Shown here piece after piece: positions 39,621-51,725 of a stretch of 64,000 bases of DNA. Position 1 is the first letter of the stretch. Every line of letters starts with the position of its first letter. A program made the translations under genes and the position numbers. Source of the DNA: Trichoplax adhaerens (taxonomy: Eukaryota > Animalia > Placozoa); NCBI RefSeq assembly GCF_000150275.1, contig NW_002060982.1, forward strand, positions 69,683 to 133,682, written 5' to 3'. The notes below the pieces were generated by a model, which searched no databases, was not told where the DNA came from, and was given only the letters and a program-made list of their open reading frames with translations.

Positions 39621-41684
39621 TGGATTACGAACTTAAATGCAAAGCACAAGTTTTAAAATGAAACAAAGAGCATAAGAATGAGATAAATCATTAAAATTCG
39701 TTTTAATACTTCATACAAGGAGTACTTTCAAGCGACATGTTAGCAAGTCAGTGACTAAAATCAATATTAATAGCTCTAAAATTGAAATAATATCATGACT
39801 ATAAAGCATTTTTTGAAACTGTTTATTGCGAATATTATGTATGCAATAGCTACCGATTTCTTAAATATTAATCGAATTGTATTACAATGTTCCTATACCG
39901 AATAAATTGCTTAAGATGTTTTACTAAATGTTTTAATTGTGAAGTATGGAATGCTTCTAGCTAATACCGTAAAAATACCAATGGTGAAAAGTATTGGGAC
40001 ATACAACACTTTAAATTAAGTGCTTGCTATTCCTACACTTTATGTTCGACGTTGTAATATACGGCAATACGGTAAAGTTGGTTGTCAATGTTTCTAAAAT
40101 TCGATACATGGCCACAATTACTTGTTTGTGTTGGCTGTATTATTGCTACCTAGCCTATTGATGTAAACTATTTTTCAATTTGTGATGTACTTGTATTCAC
40201 CTTATATCAATGTTACTACTAGCATGTAGCCATGTAATCTGTACAGTATAAATATCGTTTTAATATTTTTAATCAACATACAGGAGTATGATCTTAGCTT
40301 GAATAAAGACATCAGCATCATAAGTTGACATCTGTAGTTTTACTTATCGATTTATATAGATACGGGAGCCTATGTTGCACCCTTAGTATTACAGTATCAT
40401 AACTGAGGTATAATTGCTTCACATATATGCCTTAATATGATAGATTTTAGATAATGACATCCATTAATAGCTTACGAGCATGAAAATCAGTTGTTTCATA
40501 ATCAAAATTAATCATGTGTAATTAATCCACAAAAAGATAAATAAAAATCTCTATCATCATAGCTAATAGGTGCTTTAAAATAATTTATAGCATAACAATC
40601 TTCCGTAACACGATATTGTCCGATTAATCAAAAGCCAAAAGGCTAAGTGTTTTAGTTTGAAGTCATCGATATCGTTCCATCAAAGGTACTATATTTTTAT
40701 TACGAAGTCATCTTCAATCTATTGTCGTTCGGCGATTATTGACAGAGAGCTCATTCATTTACCAAGCTTAATTTATATCAGCGCAAGCTGGTGAGAATGA
40801 CAAATGGAATGGATTTTCTTTTTAAATTCAACGGACGTTACTAAAGTAGTATAGCATGCAGCAATTATGAAATAGCGTTCAACTTTTACTATTTATTTAT
40901 CAAAGGAAATAGCGCACTGTATTATCCTAACTGGCTCATCTATCTACGCCTATGTAAGCATGTCCACTTGAAGTTCATTCAATTTAAATTAATTAAATCA
41001 TGTACTGGCTGTAGATACAATAAATTATATTACAATTATTAAAGAAAACCTGAAATATCTTATGAAGGCATGATGACCGTTAATTAATAGATGTAGAAGT
41101 TAACGATATTATTTCGTCATCATATTACTGTAATAAATAACTTTTAGCTCACTATTGACGTTTAAGTCGTAATTTTAAAGTGGTTTACTATTTGCTACAG
41201 CACAGCTCCATCCTCATACAGTACCGGTATGTATTTACACAGGTAACAGCATATATATTTCTAAAAATTGATAATTACACTAAAAGTGTAGCTTTCATGT
41301 AGGCGTACAGTATATAATATGTGCATGCCATAAAATACATCTTATATTTGCAAAGCTTAATATGATCATCGTGTATAGGATAATAAATTTAATCAGATAA
41401 TCTAGTGCTATCATTGCCGATTTCAGGTAAATATAATATTTAAATTGATAGTGAATAAACTCGGTTCAATGTATTAATGATAGAGCAATTGGCTTATAGC
41501 TTATGCCGAATTGACATAGGTTTGAGATATGAAATAGCATATAAAGTGCAAACATTGTCAGTGAATAACTGCATAGTGTATCTTATTTTTGACTAATGCT
41601 GCCTACATATTAGGCAATAAAATGATAGTAACACAAGGTAATGTACTTAAATTTGCATTAGAGTAAAACCATTCCTATTTTAAC

Positions 41685-41998
41685 TGCACAGTCATGGCTA
41701 TGTCAGCTCAACCAAATAATAGCGTATTTACTGTTGATTATTTATTACCATTGTAATCAGTAAAAACTAGAATTGCAATACGTATAGTTCATTCAAGACT
41801 TCAGCGCTTTATTATTACCAAACTAATAGCGGTCAGATGCTAATGCTGAACTGCAATACGCTTTCATATCTAGTGCTCAATCTATCCAATTCAAGTGAGG
41901 GTGTTTTATGTGATGATTATCATAGCAACGTAATAATACGATATGAATTATTAATGAAAATCACCTTACGGCTATTATATACCCATCTGCTGAGTCAT
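41685..41998 (-). promoter_or_regulatory. Antioxidant-response-element (ARE, CNC-sMaf) like sites upstream of GST copy 1
   Basis: TGCACAGTCAT 41685-41695, GCTATGTCA 41697-41705 and a perfect TGCTGAGTCAT 41988-41998. A TATA box (TATATAA) lies at 42242. Confidence 0.5.
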
Positions 41999-42370
41999 GA
42001 TTATGGTCCACTTTCCTTGTAACCTGATTGGCTGATTAAAATTGATTAATTCTGGCTAATGCATATTGATATAATGATAATGGCTGTAAAACGATAAGGT
42101 TATATAAAATGTTATATTGTGCTGATATAGTACTAGTTATGGACTTTAGAGAAAATTCTTTAAAGTTTATTATGTTCATTGTGAAATTATGTTGTTATCG
42201 CTAGACTATTGATTAGCATATTTAATTAATTATCCCTAAGCTATATAAGGAGTTCTCTGCATGTAAAACAGCAAAGAGAACAGATCAGTTGCTCATTCAT
42301 TTGACTAACTAACAAATTATCAATTTTCCTAAGTACCATACTCGTTCGATATTTTCCAAAAGTCGTGAAC

Positions 42371-43097
42371 ATGGCTCAATTCTTAGGAAAAGGAAGTCCG
42401 CGTCCTCCTAAAACCAGCAAAGTTCGGTTGTATTGCTCACGTTTCGATCCTTTCACCGCTGGCCTCCGCTATGTTTTAAGAGAAAAAGGTGTTGAATTTG
42501 AGAATATTTACATCGACACTCACAACGACACAGCTGAATGGTACAAAGACATCAATCCAACTGGTGAAATCCCCGTGTGTGGAGATCGGAGATGAAGCTA
42601 TTCCTGAAACTTTCATCATCTATGACTACCTGGAAGCTAAATTTCCTAGTGTGAAGACTCAACATACTGGTAATGCTTACAAATGGGCAAAAGATCGATT
42701 GTTTGCAACTCGCATCTCGCAAAATTTGGCACCTAAAATTGGTGGACTTGTCAAGGAACCTGAAAAAAACTTCAGTGAAATTGCTACCAAATTGAAGACT
42801 GTTAATTCTATCTTGAGTAAGCGTGGCACAGATTATATTGGTGGTTCAAGCCCAAACTATGCCGATTATTACCTTTGGGGCTGGGTTGAATTAATACCTG
42901 CAATAAAAGCTGCCCATAATTTGAAGTTTGATTTGGATCGTGAAGAGTATAAACATTACTGGGCATGGATCTCTCGCATGGATAAGAACAAGCACATTGA
43001 ACAAGATCGTATCGATCGCAAAGTTAACTTAAAGTTACGTACTGAATTTTTCAAATCTGTCATTGCCGGAAAACCTAATGTACTCGTTGGATTGTAA
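42371..43097 (+). pseudogene. Omega-like GST copy 1 with a single +1 frameshift (pseudogene or sequence error)
   Basis: ATG 42371 (MAQFLGKGSPRP..RLYCSRFDPF). An extra base in the C-run at 42571-42575 (atc cccg tgt vs att cct tgt in paralogues) shifts the frame; the rest is intact to VLVGL*. Confidence 0.8.
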
Positions 43098-44726
43098 CGT
43101 AAAAGAGTTTTATGCGATATTCATATACGGAAATTCTGAATAAAACATTAGTTTTAAATATACCTATTTTAAAAGCTAATCATACGTATCTTGTATGCTG
43201 ATACGTATATAATCGTTACAATATATTAGTAATAATAATTAATCACAGGTTTATGTACCTCGTAGGTTCAGATGAATTTCAGGTGTAAATTTTCTACGAA
43301 ACATTTTATAGAGACCTATTTTAATTGCAAAAACTTCAACGTTGTTCGATTATTAAAAATTGACTTAATGTTAATTAGCTTCATATTTATTCATTTAAAC
43401 TTTGACATCGTAAATAAAACTACTAGTTATTGAAGTACGTAACACATCATGTCTTGTTCCTGAATCCAATTATACTTAGTCATGCATTAGTAAAGAACAT
43501 AAAGCCTACCATGGTAGTTAGAGCTACAGGTAGCCCTAGTTCTAAGGCAACTGATAAGAGCTAATGGCTAATACTGTACGCACACATGCAGTTACTACAA
43601 TACAATAATCAGCAAAGTATCGCATCCGCACGTGCCCGGGTATGCACACTAAAGATTAAAAAGCTCCTTAAAATTCTTAACATAGAATTAAAGACTACAT
43701 TTTATATGTATTAGATAGTGCCATGTAGTTTATCGTGCTTCTTAAGCAGTGATTTTTTATTCGTAACTGGTTATTGGATGACCGTTGTGAAAACATTGTG
43801 CAAAATCCATTTGCAGAATTTTTCCAGGAAGACAAATTGTAAAATTTAGCTCCTCGGCTCTGAAGTCAGATTCATATTTTATGATATGCACGTAAACAAG
43901 GTTAGAAATACTGTACTTTACTACTGTATATACTTCAACTGCTTATGAGGGCAGTCTAATAGGATAGGTCATAAGATAGATACCGATAGATATCGTGTTC
44001 TGCCATCATAGCATCGTGATATTGCTATTGCTTTATTTACAGATTTTGTAAAGTAAATCGAATTAATTATTTTATACTCAATCATTCATCTACTTTATTA
44101 ATGGGTTACTCACTTAACATGCAACGTTAGATTTCTTTCGATGCTTAAAAGTAAACCGCAGTATATGTCTAACGACTGGCACAATGCATAAGAGGGTAAT
44201 TAAGGAGGCGCCTGATGATTATACCCTAATCGACATCTCCTTTACTCATGTATCTGCTGATTAGTACCGTGCCTAGAGCCAAGCTCAAGAGATATTCAAA
44301 AATCTGCTGTACTCAAACCGTGAAACAGAGATTAAGAGGTTTTGCAATCTTTATAACCGATTAAATGAGCTATCCATGTCCCATTTATATTCACAAAATT
44401 TCTGACCAAACGCTAATATCAATAAGCATACCAACACTATCGATAATTTCATTTTTAAACCTTTTATTGGCTGTATCTCATCAAATGCTTCCCACCTATG
44501 ACAAAATTATTTTCCGGCGTTACATATCTGCAAATGCTATCCAATCCAACCAACGTGGTGCATTAGTTACTAGTTTACATGTATCGATTAGGAGAACGAC
44601 ATACAAGTAAATCTGCAAGCTAAACTAATAATAAAACAGCTAATGTCATGCGCATCTTTCCAAATTCATACGTCTTAAAAAATTGACATCATGAGTAAAG
44701 AATCACTGCAAGCATTTTTGTCATCG

Positions 44727-45449
44727 TTAAAGTCCAACTTTCATATTTGGGCTCCCAGCCTTGACCGTTTTCAAGTATTCAGTTCGAGTTTGAAAGTTAA
44801 CCTTACGATCAACACGGTCTTGTTCAATATGTTTATCTTTATCCATTCGGAAAACCCACGCAAAATAATTCTTGTAAGCTTTATCATTGTGGATGTCAAT
44901 TTTTAGATCATGAGCGGCTTTCAACGATGGAATCACTTCAACCCAAGCAAACAAATAATAATCTGCATAATTTGGTTTATCGCCACCGATATAATCTGTT
45001 CCTCGCATTCCTAAAATCTCATCTACCTTTTTTAATTTTGCAAGGAGATCATCGACATTATCATTGGGATTTTTAAGGCAGCCAGTAATCTTTGGCACTA
45101 CATTTTGCTTAAATCGAGTGACAAATAAGCGATCTTTGCTCCACTTGTAAGCATCCCCAGTTCGTTGCATTTTTACTTGTGGAAATTTAGCTTCCAAGTA
45201 GTCGTGGATGATCATACTTTCAGGGATCACCTCATCCCCACACTCTACGCAAGGAATCTCACCGGTTGGGTTGATGTCGTTATACCATTCGGGCTTATCT
45301 TGTAGGTTAATATAACAATCTTCGAAATCAATACCTTTAGCTCGTAAAACATATCGAAGAGATGCACTATATGGATCAAATCGTGAGGAATATAATCTTA
45401 CTTTGGATGACTTTGCTGGACGTGAAGTTGATTTATCCAAGAATGACAT
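44727..45449 (-). CDS. Omega-like glutathione S-transferase copy 2 (Asp at the catalytic-Cys position), 240 aa
   Basis: Intronless ORF with RLYSSRFDPY, KPEWY..INPTGEIP, ESMII.DYL, GG.KP.YADY and C-terminal VGL. TATAAAAA on the minus strand at 45563-45556. Confidence 0.92.
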   Translation of the reverse strand: MSFLDKSTSRPAKSSKVRLYSSRFDPYSASLRYVLRAKGIDFEDCYINLQDKPEWYNDINPTGEIPCVECGDEVIPESMIIHDYLEAKFPQVKMQRTGDAYKWSKDRLFVTRFKQNVVPKITGCLKNPNDNVDDLLAKLKKVDEILGMRGTDYIGGDKPNYADYYLFAWVEVIPSLKAAHDLKIDIHNDKAYKNYFAWVFRMDKDKHIEQDRVDRKVNFQTRTEYLKTVKAGSPNMKVGL

Positions 45450-46601
45450 GCTGTTGATTTGTTATTTATTTCCTATTACTGTAGCTCAAATCACGAATTT
45501 TTGGCACGTCGTCGTACTTATTGGAGGAAAAGGAAGATTTGCCAATTCGAAGCTCTTTTTATACAGTACTGTCTGTCGCCCCTTGCTACTGTACTGTACG
45601 CATTTATAGTATAAATTCAATTTTATACAGTCAATAAGTATAGTTCAAATAAAATCGAATATATCATTAAACATGTGATAGCGAATATGAAAGGCATGCG
45701 CTATGCAGTAAAATAAAATAAAATAAGTAAATAAATGGATAAAATAAATAACTTGCTGTTAATAATAAAATTTAATTTATGTCATTTATTTATTTACTGT
45801 TAATAAGAATACAGTTATAGCACAGTAAACTACAATTTACAGCACGGTTTAATCAGATCACTATAACAAACCTATACAGTACATACTGGTTGAAAGCTGT
45901 TCAGCACTATTGTGTGGCCTTCACTAGGTCTTGAAGTTTTTAAGCGATTTGTATTATTAAATTTAGTTAAAATTTCACTTAAAGAGATCCTTACAACCTA
46001 AAACACTTGTTGTTTTATTTATTTACAGTTTATTAATTTTACTGAAGAAGTAGTGGAGTTATTTTATCCTCTTGAAGGTTTCTATTAATGCAAACCACCA
46101 AGTCCTCGAAAAATGCCAACTCGTGTGTACAACTCACACAGTGATAGTAATAGCAGGGCAGTCGGACTCTACAATGACTGAAGATGGGTCGAGTAGTCTC
46201 TGCTATTAGACATGATTAAGGAAAGAGAGAAGGACGGAAAACTGGTTTTCACCCATATTGGACAGCTGGACAATGGACAGCGTACTGTAGTCCATGATAC
46301 AGCACGGTTGCTCCAGCTTAAAACATACAGTACACTCAGTGAGTACAGTAGATAGTGCAAAGGGTGACCAACAGTCCCTTTGCAAAAACATCGAAGTGGA
46401 GTATTTTGCTGGTCACTTTACTATGCCAGGAAACTGGAACCGTAAACTATATTAGACAGTACTGTAGAGTACTGTAGACTTCACAAGTGGAACATTTAGG
46501 ATCAATCTCTATAGTACAGTTTCTGCAAAACAGGACGGTCGAGAAAAATAGGATTCGTTTTAGTGTAAGTTGGAAGAAAACGATAGCGAGTCCTTCACAA
46601 A

Positions 46602-47327
46602 ATGGCTCAAATCCAGTTGCTAACGAAAGGAAGTGAACGGCCACCTAAATCTTCCAAAGTACGCTTATATGGTGCACGATTTGACACTCACAGCGCCGGA
46701 ATTCGCTATGTACTGCGCGATAAAGGGATCGATTTCGAAGATGTATACATACATACCTTCGTCAAACCCGAATGGTATGAGGATATTAATCCGGTAGGTA
46801 AAATTCCTTGTGTGGAATACGGCGATGAAATTGTTCCTGAAACCTTTGTAATCTATGATTACCTGGAGGAAAAATTTCCAAGTAAAGGCTCTCAGCAAAT
46901 GGATGCATACAAAAGAAGTATGGATAGAGTGTTCATGGTACGATGTGCTGAATTTTTAACACCTAAAATTATCGACTGTATGAAAAATGCAAAGGATAAT
47001 CTTGCAAGCTTAGAGCAAGCCTTATTAAAAGTCAATGATATCTTGCTTAAGCGAGGTACTCATTATTTTGGTGGCTCTAGTCCAAACTACGTTGATTACT
47101 ACTTATGGAGTTGGGTAGAAGTCATGCCGGTGATGATTGGGCTTCATGGAGTAAAACTGGAATTGGATAAAGAGAAATACACAACCTATTTGGCTTGGAT
47201 CGACCGCATGGATAAGAACGAACACGTTGAAAAGGATCGCTTAGAACGTAAAGTCAATTTTGAGACCAGAACAGAATATTTAAAATCCCTTTTAGCTGGT
47301 CGTCCAAATCCAACTATTGGGCTTTAA
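46602..47327 (+). CDS. Omega-like GST copy 3, 241 aa
   Basis: LTKGSERP, RLYGARFDTH, KPEWY..INPVGKIP, ETFVIYDYL, YFGGSSP.YVDY, IGL*. Confidence 0.92.
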   Translation: MAQIQLLTKGSERPPKSSKVRLYGARFDTHSAGIRYVLRDKGIDFEDVYIHTFVKPEWYEDINPVGKIPCVEYGDEIVPETFVIYDYLEEKFPSKGSQQMDAYKRSMDRVFMVRCAEFLTPKIIDCMKNAKDNLASLEQALLKVNDILLKRGTHYFGGSSPNYVDYYLWSWVEVMPVMIGLHGVKLELDKEKYTTYLAWIDRMDKNEHVEKDRLERKVNFETRTEYLKSLLAGRPNPTIGL

Positions 47328-48160
47328 TTAGTGGCGAAAGTTTCAGTGTGCTATCTTATTGTATGTTTTCATAGGAAATTGATTTAAAAGATTTACAGTA
47401 AGAGTGTACAGCATGTAAAAATGTAACAGGATCAACTTGCAAGAACGACCCTCCATGCAATCCAGTAGATGGATTGTGCATAACTTGATACGTGGCACAT
47501 ATTTCGATTTTGAGATATCTCTACTCTCTTAAACTGTGTGTTTTCTAGAAAGTAAACTAAATTTATGGTTAAATCGTGTGATGATTTTTAAAACGCCTAT
47601 GTTTTAATTTTTGAAAGTGGTGGTACTGTGCGGCGAAGTCATTTGTATGCATTATTTTCGAAAATAAGTAATATTATATTGGAATCGAACTAACATCCCC
47701 TTGAAAACAGTTACATAAAGTCGTGAAAGTTTATAAATTAGCACAAGTGATTCAGAAAAATACGTGCAATTAGGTTGTCACTAGTGCTGCGTAGTATCGG
47801 CATTTGCTACTAACATTACTGTATGTATACTTTAAGAATTCAGTACTTAATCAAGAGGTACATGTACTGTATCACTACGGGTCTGTGTGTTTTACCGTTA
47901 GGACTCGCAATCAGGTATACATTTTTTACTCTTAATTCAATAATAAAATTTATTAACAACCTGGATGATAATATGGAATACAGCTATAGTAAAGCAGCAT
48001 TCACTGCAACAACAGTGACATTATTAATTGACAAACGGAAATTGCATACGCAATACTGAGCGAATTTAATTAGTTAATTTTCCTTCAAGATGAGCTCAGA
48101 AATCAATTATTTTACATGGTATATATCAGTTAGGTCTCCGAACTATCCCGATTTACAGGC

Positions 48161-48877
48161 TTACAGCCCAACCTTAACATCCGGAGATCCTGCAAGTACA
48201 GTTTTAAAGAAGGCAGTGCGGTTCTTTAAATCAGCTTTATGAGTAGCTCGATCATTCTCAACGTTCTTGTCCTTATCCATGCGCATAACCCAAGCCCAGT
48301 AATTGCTGTATTCATTCTTATCCAACTCAAATTTCAAATCATGAGCTCCTTTCAAAGCTGGAAGTAGCTCTACCCATCCGAACAAGAAATAATCAGCAAA
48401 GTTAGGACTAGCTCCACCTAGATAGTCGGTACCACGTTTGCCCATAATGCCATCAATGATCTTCAAGACCTTGGTGACTTCTTCAAGGTTATCATTTGGA
48501 TTTTTAACACAGCCGGTAATTTTTGGAGTAAGATATTCCTTGGTATGAGCTACAAATATCTTGTCTTGAGCCTTCTTGTACGGATCAGTTGGTTGGGTCT
48601 TTACCTGAGGATATCTATCTTCTAGATAATCGTAGATAACGGACGTTTCTGATACGACTTCGTCGCCAGTCTCCAAGCATGGTATATGACCGGTGGGATT
48701 GACCTCCTTGTACCATTCAGGCTTGTTATGGACATCGACGTAAGCATATTCATAGTCGATGCCTTTTGCACCCAATACAAAACGAATTCCAGCACTATAA
48801 GGATCAAATCGCGAAGTGTACAGTCGCGGCTTCGATGATTTTGCTGGACGTTGACTATCTTTGCCCAAGAATGACAT
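48161..48877 (-). CDS. Omega-like GST copy 4, 238 aa
   Basis: ATG at 48877 (MSFLGKDSQRP) aligns with the paralogue starts; RLYTSRFDPY; TATAAATA at 48989-48982. Confidence 0.92.
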   Translation of the reverse strand: MSFLGKDSQRPAKSSKPRLYTSRFDPYSAGIRFVLGAKGIDYEYAYVDVHNKPEWYKEVNPTGHIPCLETGDEVVSETSVIYDYLEDRYPQVKTQPTDPYKKAQDKIFVAHTKEYLTPKITGCVKNPNDNLEEVTKVLKIIDGIMGKRGTDYLGGASPNFADYFLFGWVELLPALKGAHDLKFELDKNEYSNYWAWVMRMDKDKNVENDRATHKADLKNRTAFFKTVLAGSPDVKVGL

Positions 48878-49627
48878 ACTTTCAGAGTCGATTTCAAAGC
48901 GTGCACAGTACAACAAAAAGTAGACGAGCAAAACAAGGATTCCCGAGTTGGAACTTGAGCTCGTTCTGCAGCAAGACACGATATTTATACTATCGGGGCT
49001 TTAAGTGGGCGGGATAAAGCGAACAGATAAGAATTTAGCGGGATAGACTGTCTGGTTTTGTACTTTATGCATATGCTACTATCCACAGAGCAGCACGCTA
49101 CAAACAATGGAACAGCGTGTAAATAGTACAGTTTTACAGAATCATATTTTCTAGCTACATTTTATTGAACAGCTACAATTCTAATGGTGAATAGTTTAGT
49201 CTCATGGGCATGTTAAGGATAGCAGCGTTTTTTTGAATAAATCCAAAAGCATAAACGGTAGATTGGTGTTGCGTTTGGTAAAGTACTTGAATGTACCGTG
49301 TCCTAATATACAGTGAATATGACAATATACACATACACATGTAACGGTACCGTACTATATTTATTCGGAGGCGGATCTTTTAACTAGTAATATGGCAAGA
49401 ATTAAATTAACATCGTACATGTTCGTGCAGCTCATTTGGAGAATAAAAGAGCTGTTGACACAAAAGTGCTGAATCATTATTATCTGCAAAATTCTTTCCA
49501 CGCGATTGGCTACTGAATGCAAGACAATCAAAACATGAAATAGTTTACGATTAATAATAAGAATAAGAATAACTAGTGCAAACTCCCGTCGCTTTACTGA
49601 CGGTTTACGATAATGTGCTCATTTAAC

Positions 49628-49687
49628 AGAGGTTCAGTAACTTTATACCGTACCGTGTAGACCTGTCAGAGGTTCAGTAACTTTATA
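49628..49687 (+). repeat. 20-bp direct repeat (AGAGGTTCAGTAACTTTATA) with 40-bp period in the GST4/GST5 divergent promoter
   Basis: Identical copies at 49628-49647 and 49668-49687, followed by TACTG/CAGTA runs. Confidence 0.85.
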
Positions 49688-50324
49688 TCGTGTACTGTGT
49701 ACAGTACTGTACTGTACTGTAATGTACTAATCGAGTTACTGTACAGTACAGTACGTCGTTTACCATTATTTTATTTTTTTCATGATATCTATTAAATGGG
49801 CTATTTAATTACTTGTTTGCCCCTCGATGCTGTCGCGGACTGTCAACAAAAAGCCCAAGGATCTCTGAGGAGCATGTGCTCACAAATGGAAGCTATAATA
49901 ACGCCATTAAATTAAATTAATGTTGAATGTTAAAATTTGTAATATGCACTAACTCCATATACAGTATATGTACTATATATATATACCATATACACCACTA
50001 CAGTACGTGAATGTTTCAAGATTGCAAGTTGCAATTTCTTCAAATTGATCGCGCGCGCTACTGTGCTACTGCAATGTATAACATTTCAAATTTTATTTTC
50101 AGTAAGTTATACACGCGTAGGCAATAAATAATAATATAAATAAATAATAATGTTAATAAGAATCATAACACTATAATAATTATTTATAACACACCGAAAT
50201 TACAATGTAGGCGAATGTACCGACGTACTCTACATGTACAATACGTGTATTTATGTACTGTACTCGTATATAAAGAACAACAAAGTCTAACAAGTTTCAT
50301 AATACCTAAAGTACGAATACAGTA

Positions 50325-51044
50325 ATGTCGCTTTTGAGCAAGGGAAGCCCACGTCCAGCTAAATCTTCCAAGCCGCGCTTGTACACGGCAAGATTTGATC
50401 CCTACAGTGCTGGAATACGTTTCCTTCTGAACAAAAAAGGGGTCGATTACGACTTTGTCTACATCAATATGCAAGACAAACCAGAATGGCTGGCAGATAT
50501 TAATCCTGCAGGTCAGATTCCTATAATGGAAATTGGTGATGAAATTGTCTGCGAAACGATTGTGATTTATGATTACTTAGAGGATAAGTTTCCTCAGGTC
50601 AAAACTCAGCCAACAGATCCTTACTTAAAAGCCAAAGATAAAATTTTTATAGATCATACTAAAGAATATTTAACCGGCAAGATAACTTCGATGGTTAAAA
50701 ATCCAACACAAGAAAATATTGAGTATGTCTGCAGTGTCTTGAAATCGATCAATAAGATCATGGGCGAACGAGGAACTGATTTCCTCGGTGGTACCAGCCC
50801 AAATTTCGTTGATTACTATCTATGGGGATGGGTAGAATTACTTTCTGCCTTGAAAGCCGCTCATGAATTATCATTCGAATTGGATAAAGACGAGTATAAG
50901 CATTATTGGGCATGGGTAATGAAAATGGACAAGGACCAACACATCAATAATGATCGTGAGACTCATAAGCTGAATCTAAAGTGTCGGACAGCATTCTTTA
51001 AATCTGTAATTAACGGATCACCCGATGTAAATGCTGGATTATAG
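50325..51044 (+). CDS. Omega-like GST copy 5, 239 aa
   Basis: MSLLSKGSPRP, RLYTARFDPY, KPEWL..INPAGQIP, ETIVIYDYL, AGL*. TATATAAA at 50267. Confidence 0.92.
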   Translation: MSLLSKGSPRPAKSSKPRLYTARFDPYSAGIRFLLNKKGVDYDFVYINMQDKPEWLADINPAGQIPIMEIGDEIVCETIVIYDYLEDKFPQVKTQPTDPYLKAKDKIFIDHTKEYLTGKITSMVKNPTQENIEYVCSVLKSINKIMGERGTDFLGGTSPNFVDYYLWGWVELLSALKAAHELSFELDKDEYKHYWAWVMKMDKDQHINNDRETHKLNLKCRTAFFKSVINGSPDVNAGL

Positions 51045-51725
51045 ACGTACTATCATGAATTTGGGATATTTGGAGATTAATTGACTGATCATCATTATCA
51101 TAGGTTATGGTCAAAATCGACAAATCTATATATATGACATATATACAGTACTAGTTCTAGTCTTTAGCAACAGTAAATATTTAATTCATTTTGCCTGTTG
51201 GAGATGGCCTGTACTGTATAATGTTGCATATTAATAGATTGCATGTGGGAGATCATCTGTAGAATTATATTATTCTTGAACTCAATTATATCAGGACACG
51301 GTGATTTTTTCCAATGTCATATCTTTTCTGCTCGTTGTACATCAAGTTTTTGCTCAAATAAAGTCGATGCTTCTTCCCAAAAAGTTAATCAAGTAACCTT
51401 GTTGCAATTGTTGTGTACAGTATGTTAGTGGAGGCATGATGGAGGTGTGTTGTACTGTACGGTGTACCTTGTACGCTGTTCACTACAGTAGTACCCTGGT
51501 CACCGCACCTGTCTACTGTACACAGTACTGCACAGTAGACAGGTATGGAGCACTGATTTACAGAAGGCAGCACTGTAGATCTTCTGTAAGTTTGATGTAA
51601 ATTGTTTACAGTCTGCATGAACTGCAATTGCATTGCAACCAAGTTGAGATGCGTTGGAACATGATCAAAAATTGGATTTGCTAATGCCATATTAGTGCAC
51701 TAGCTACTGTATTCAAAATTGCATG

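Noticed and set aside
48878-48979. 34-aa hydrophobic N-terminal extension of GST4 in the ORF track (apparent signal peptide)
   Set aside because: It starts at a GTG only 3 nt downstream of the TATA box, so probably upstream of the TSS. The ATG at 48877 matches the paralogue starts.
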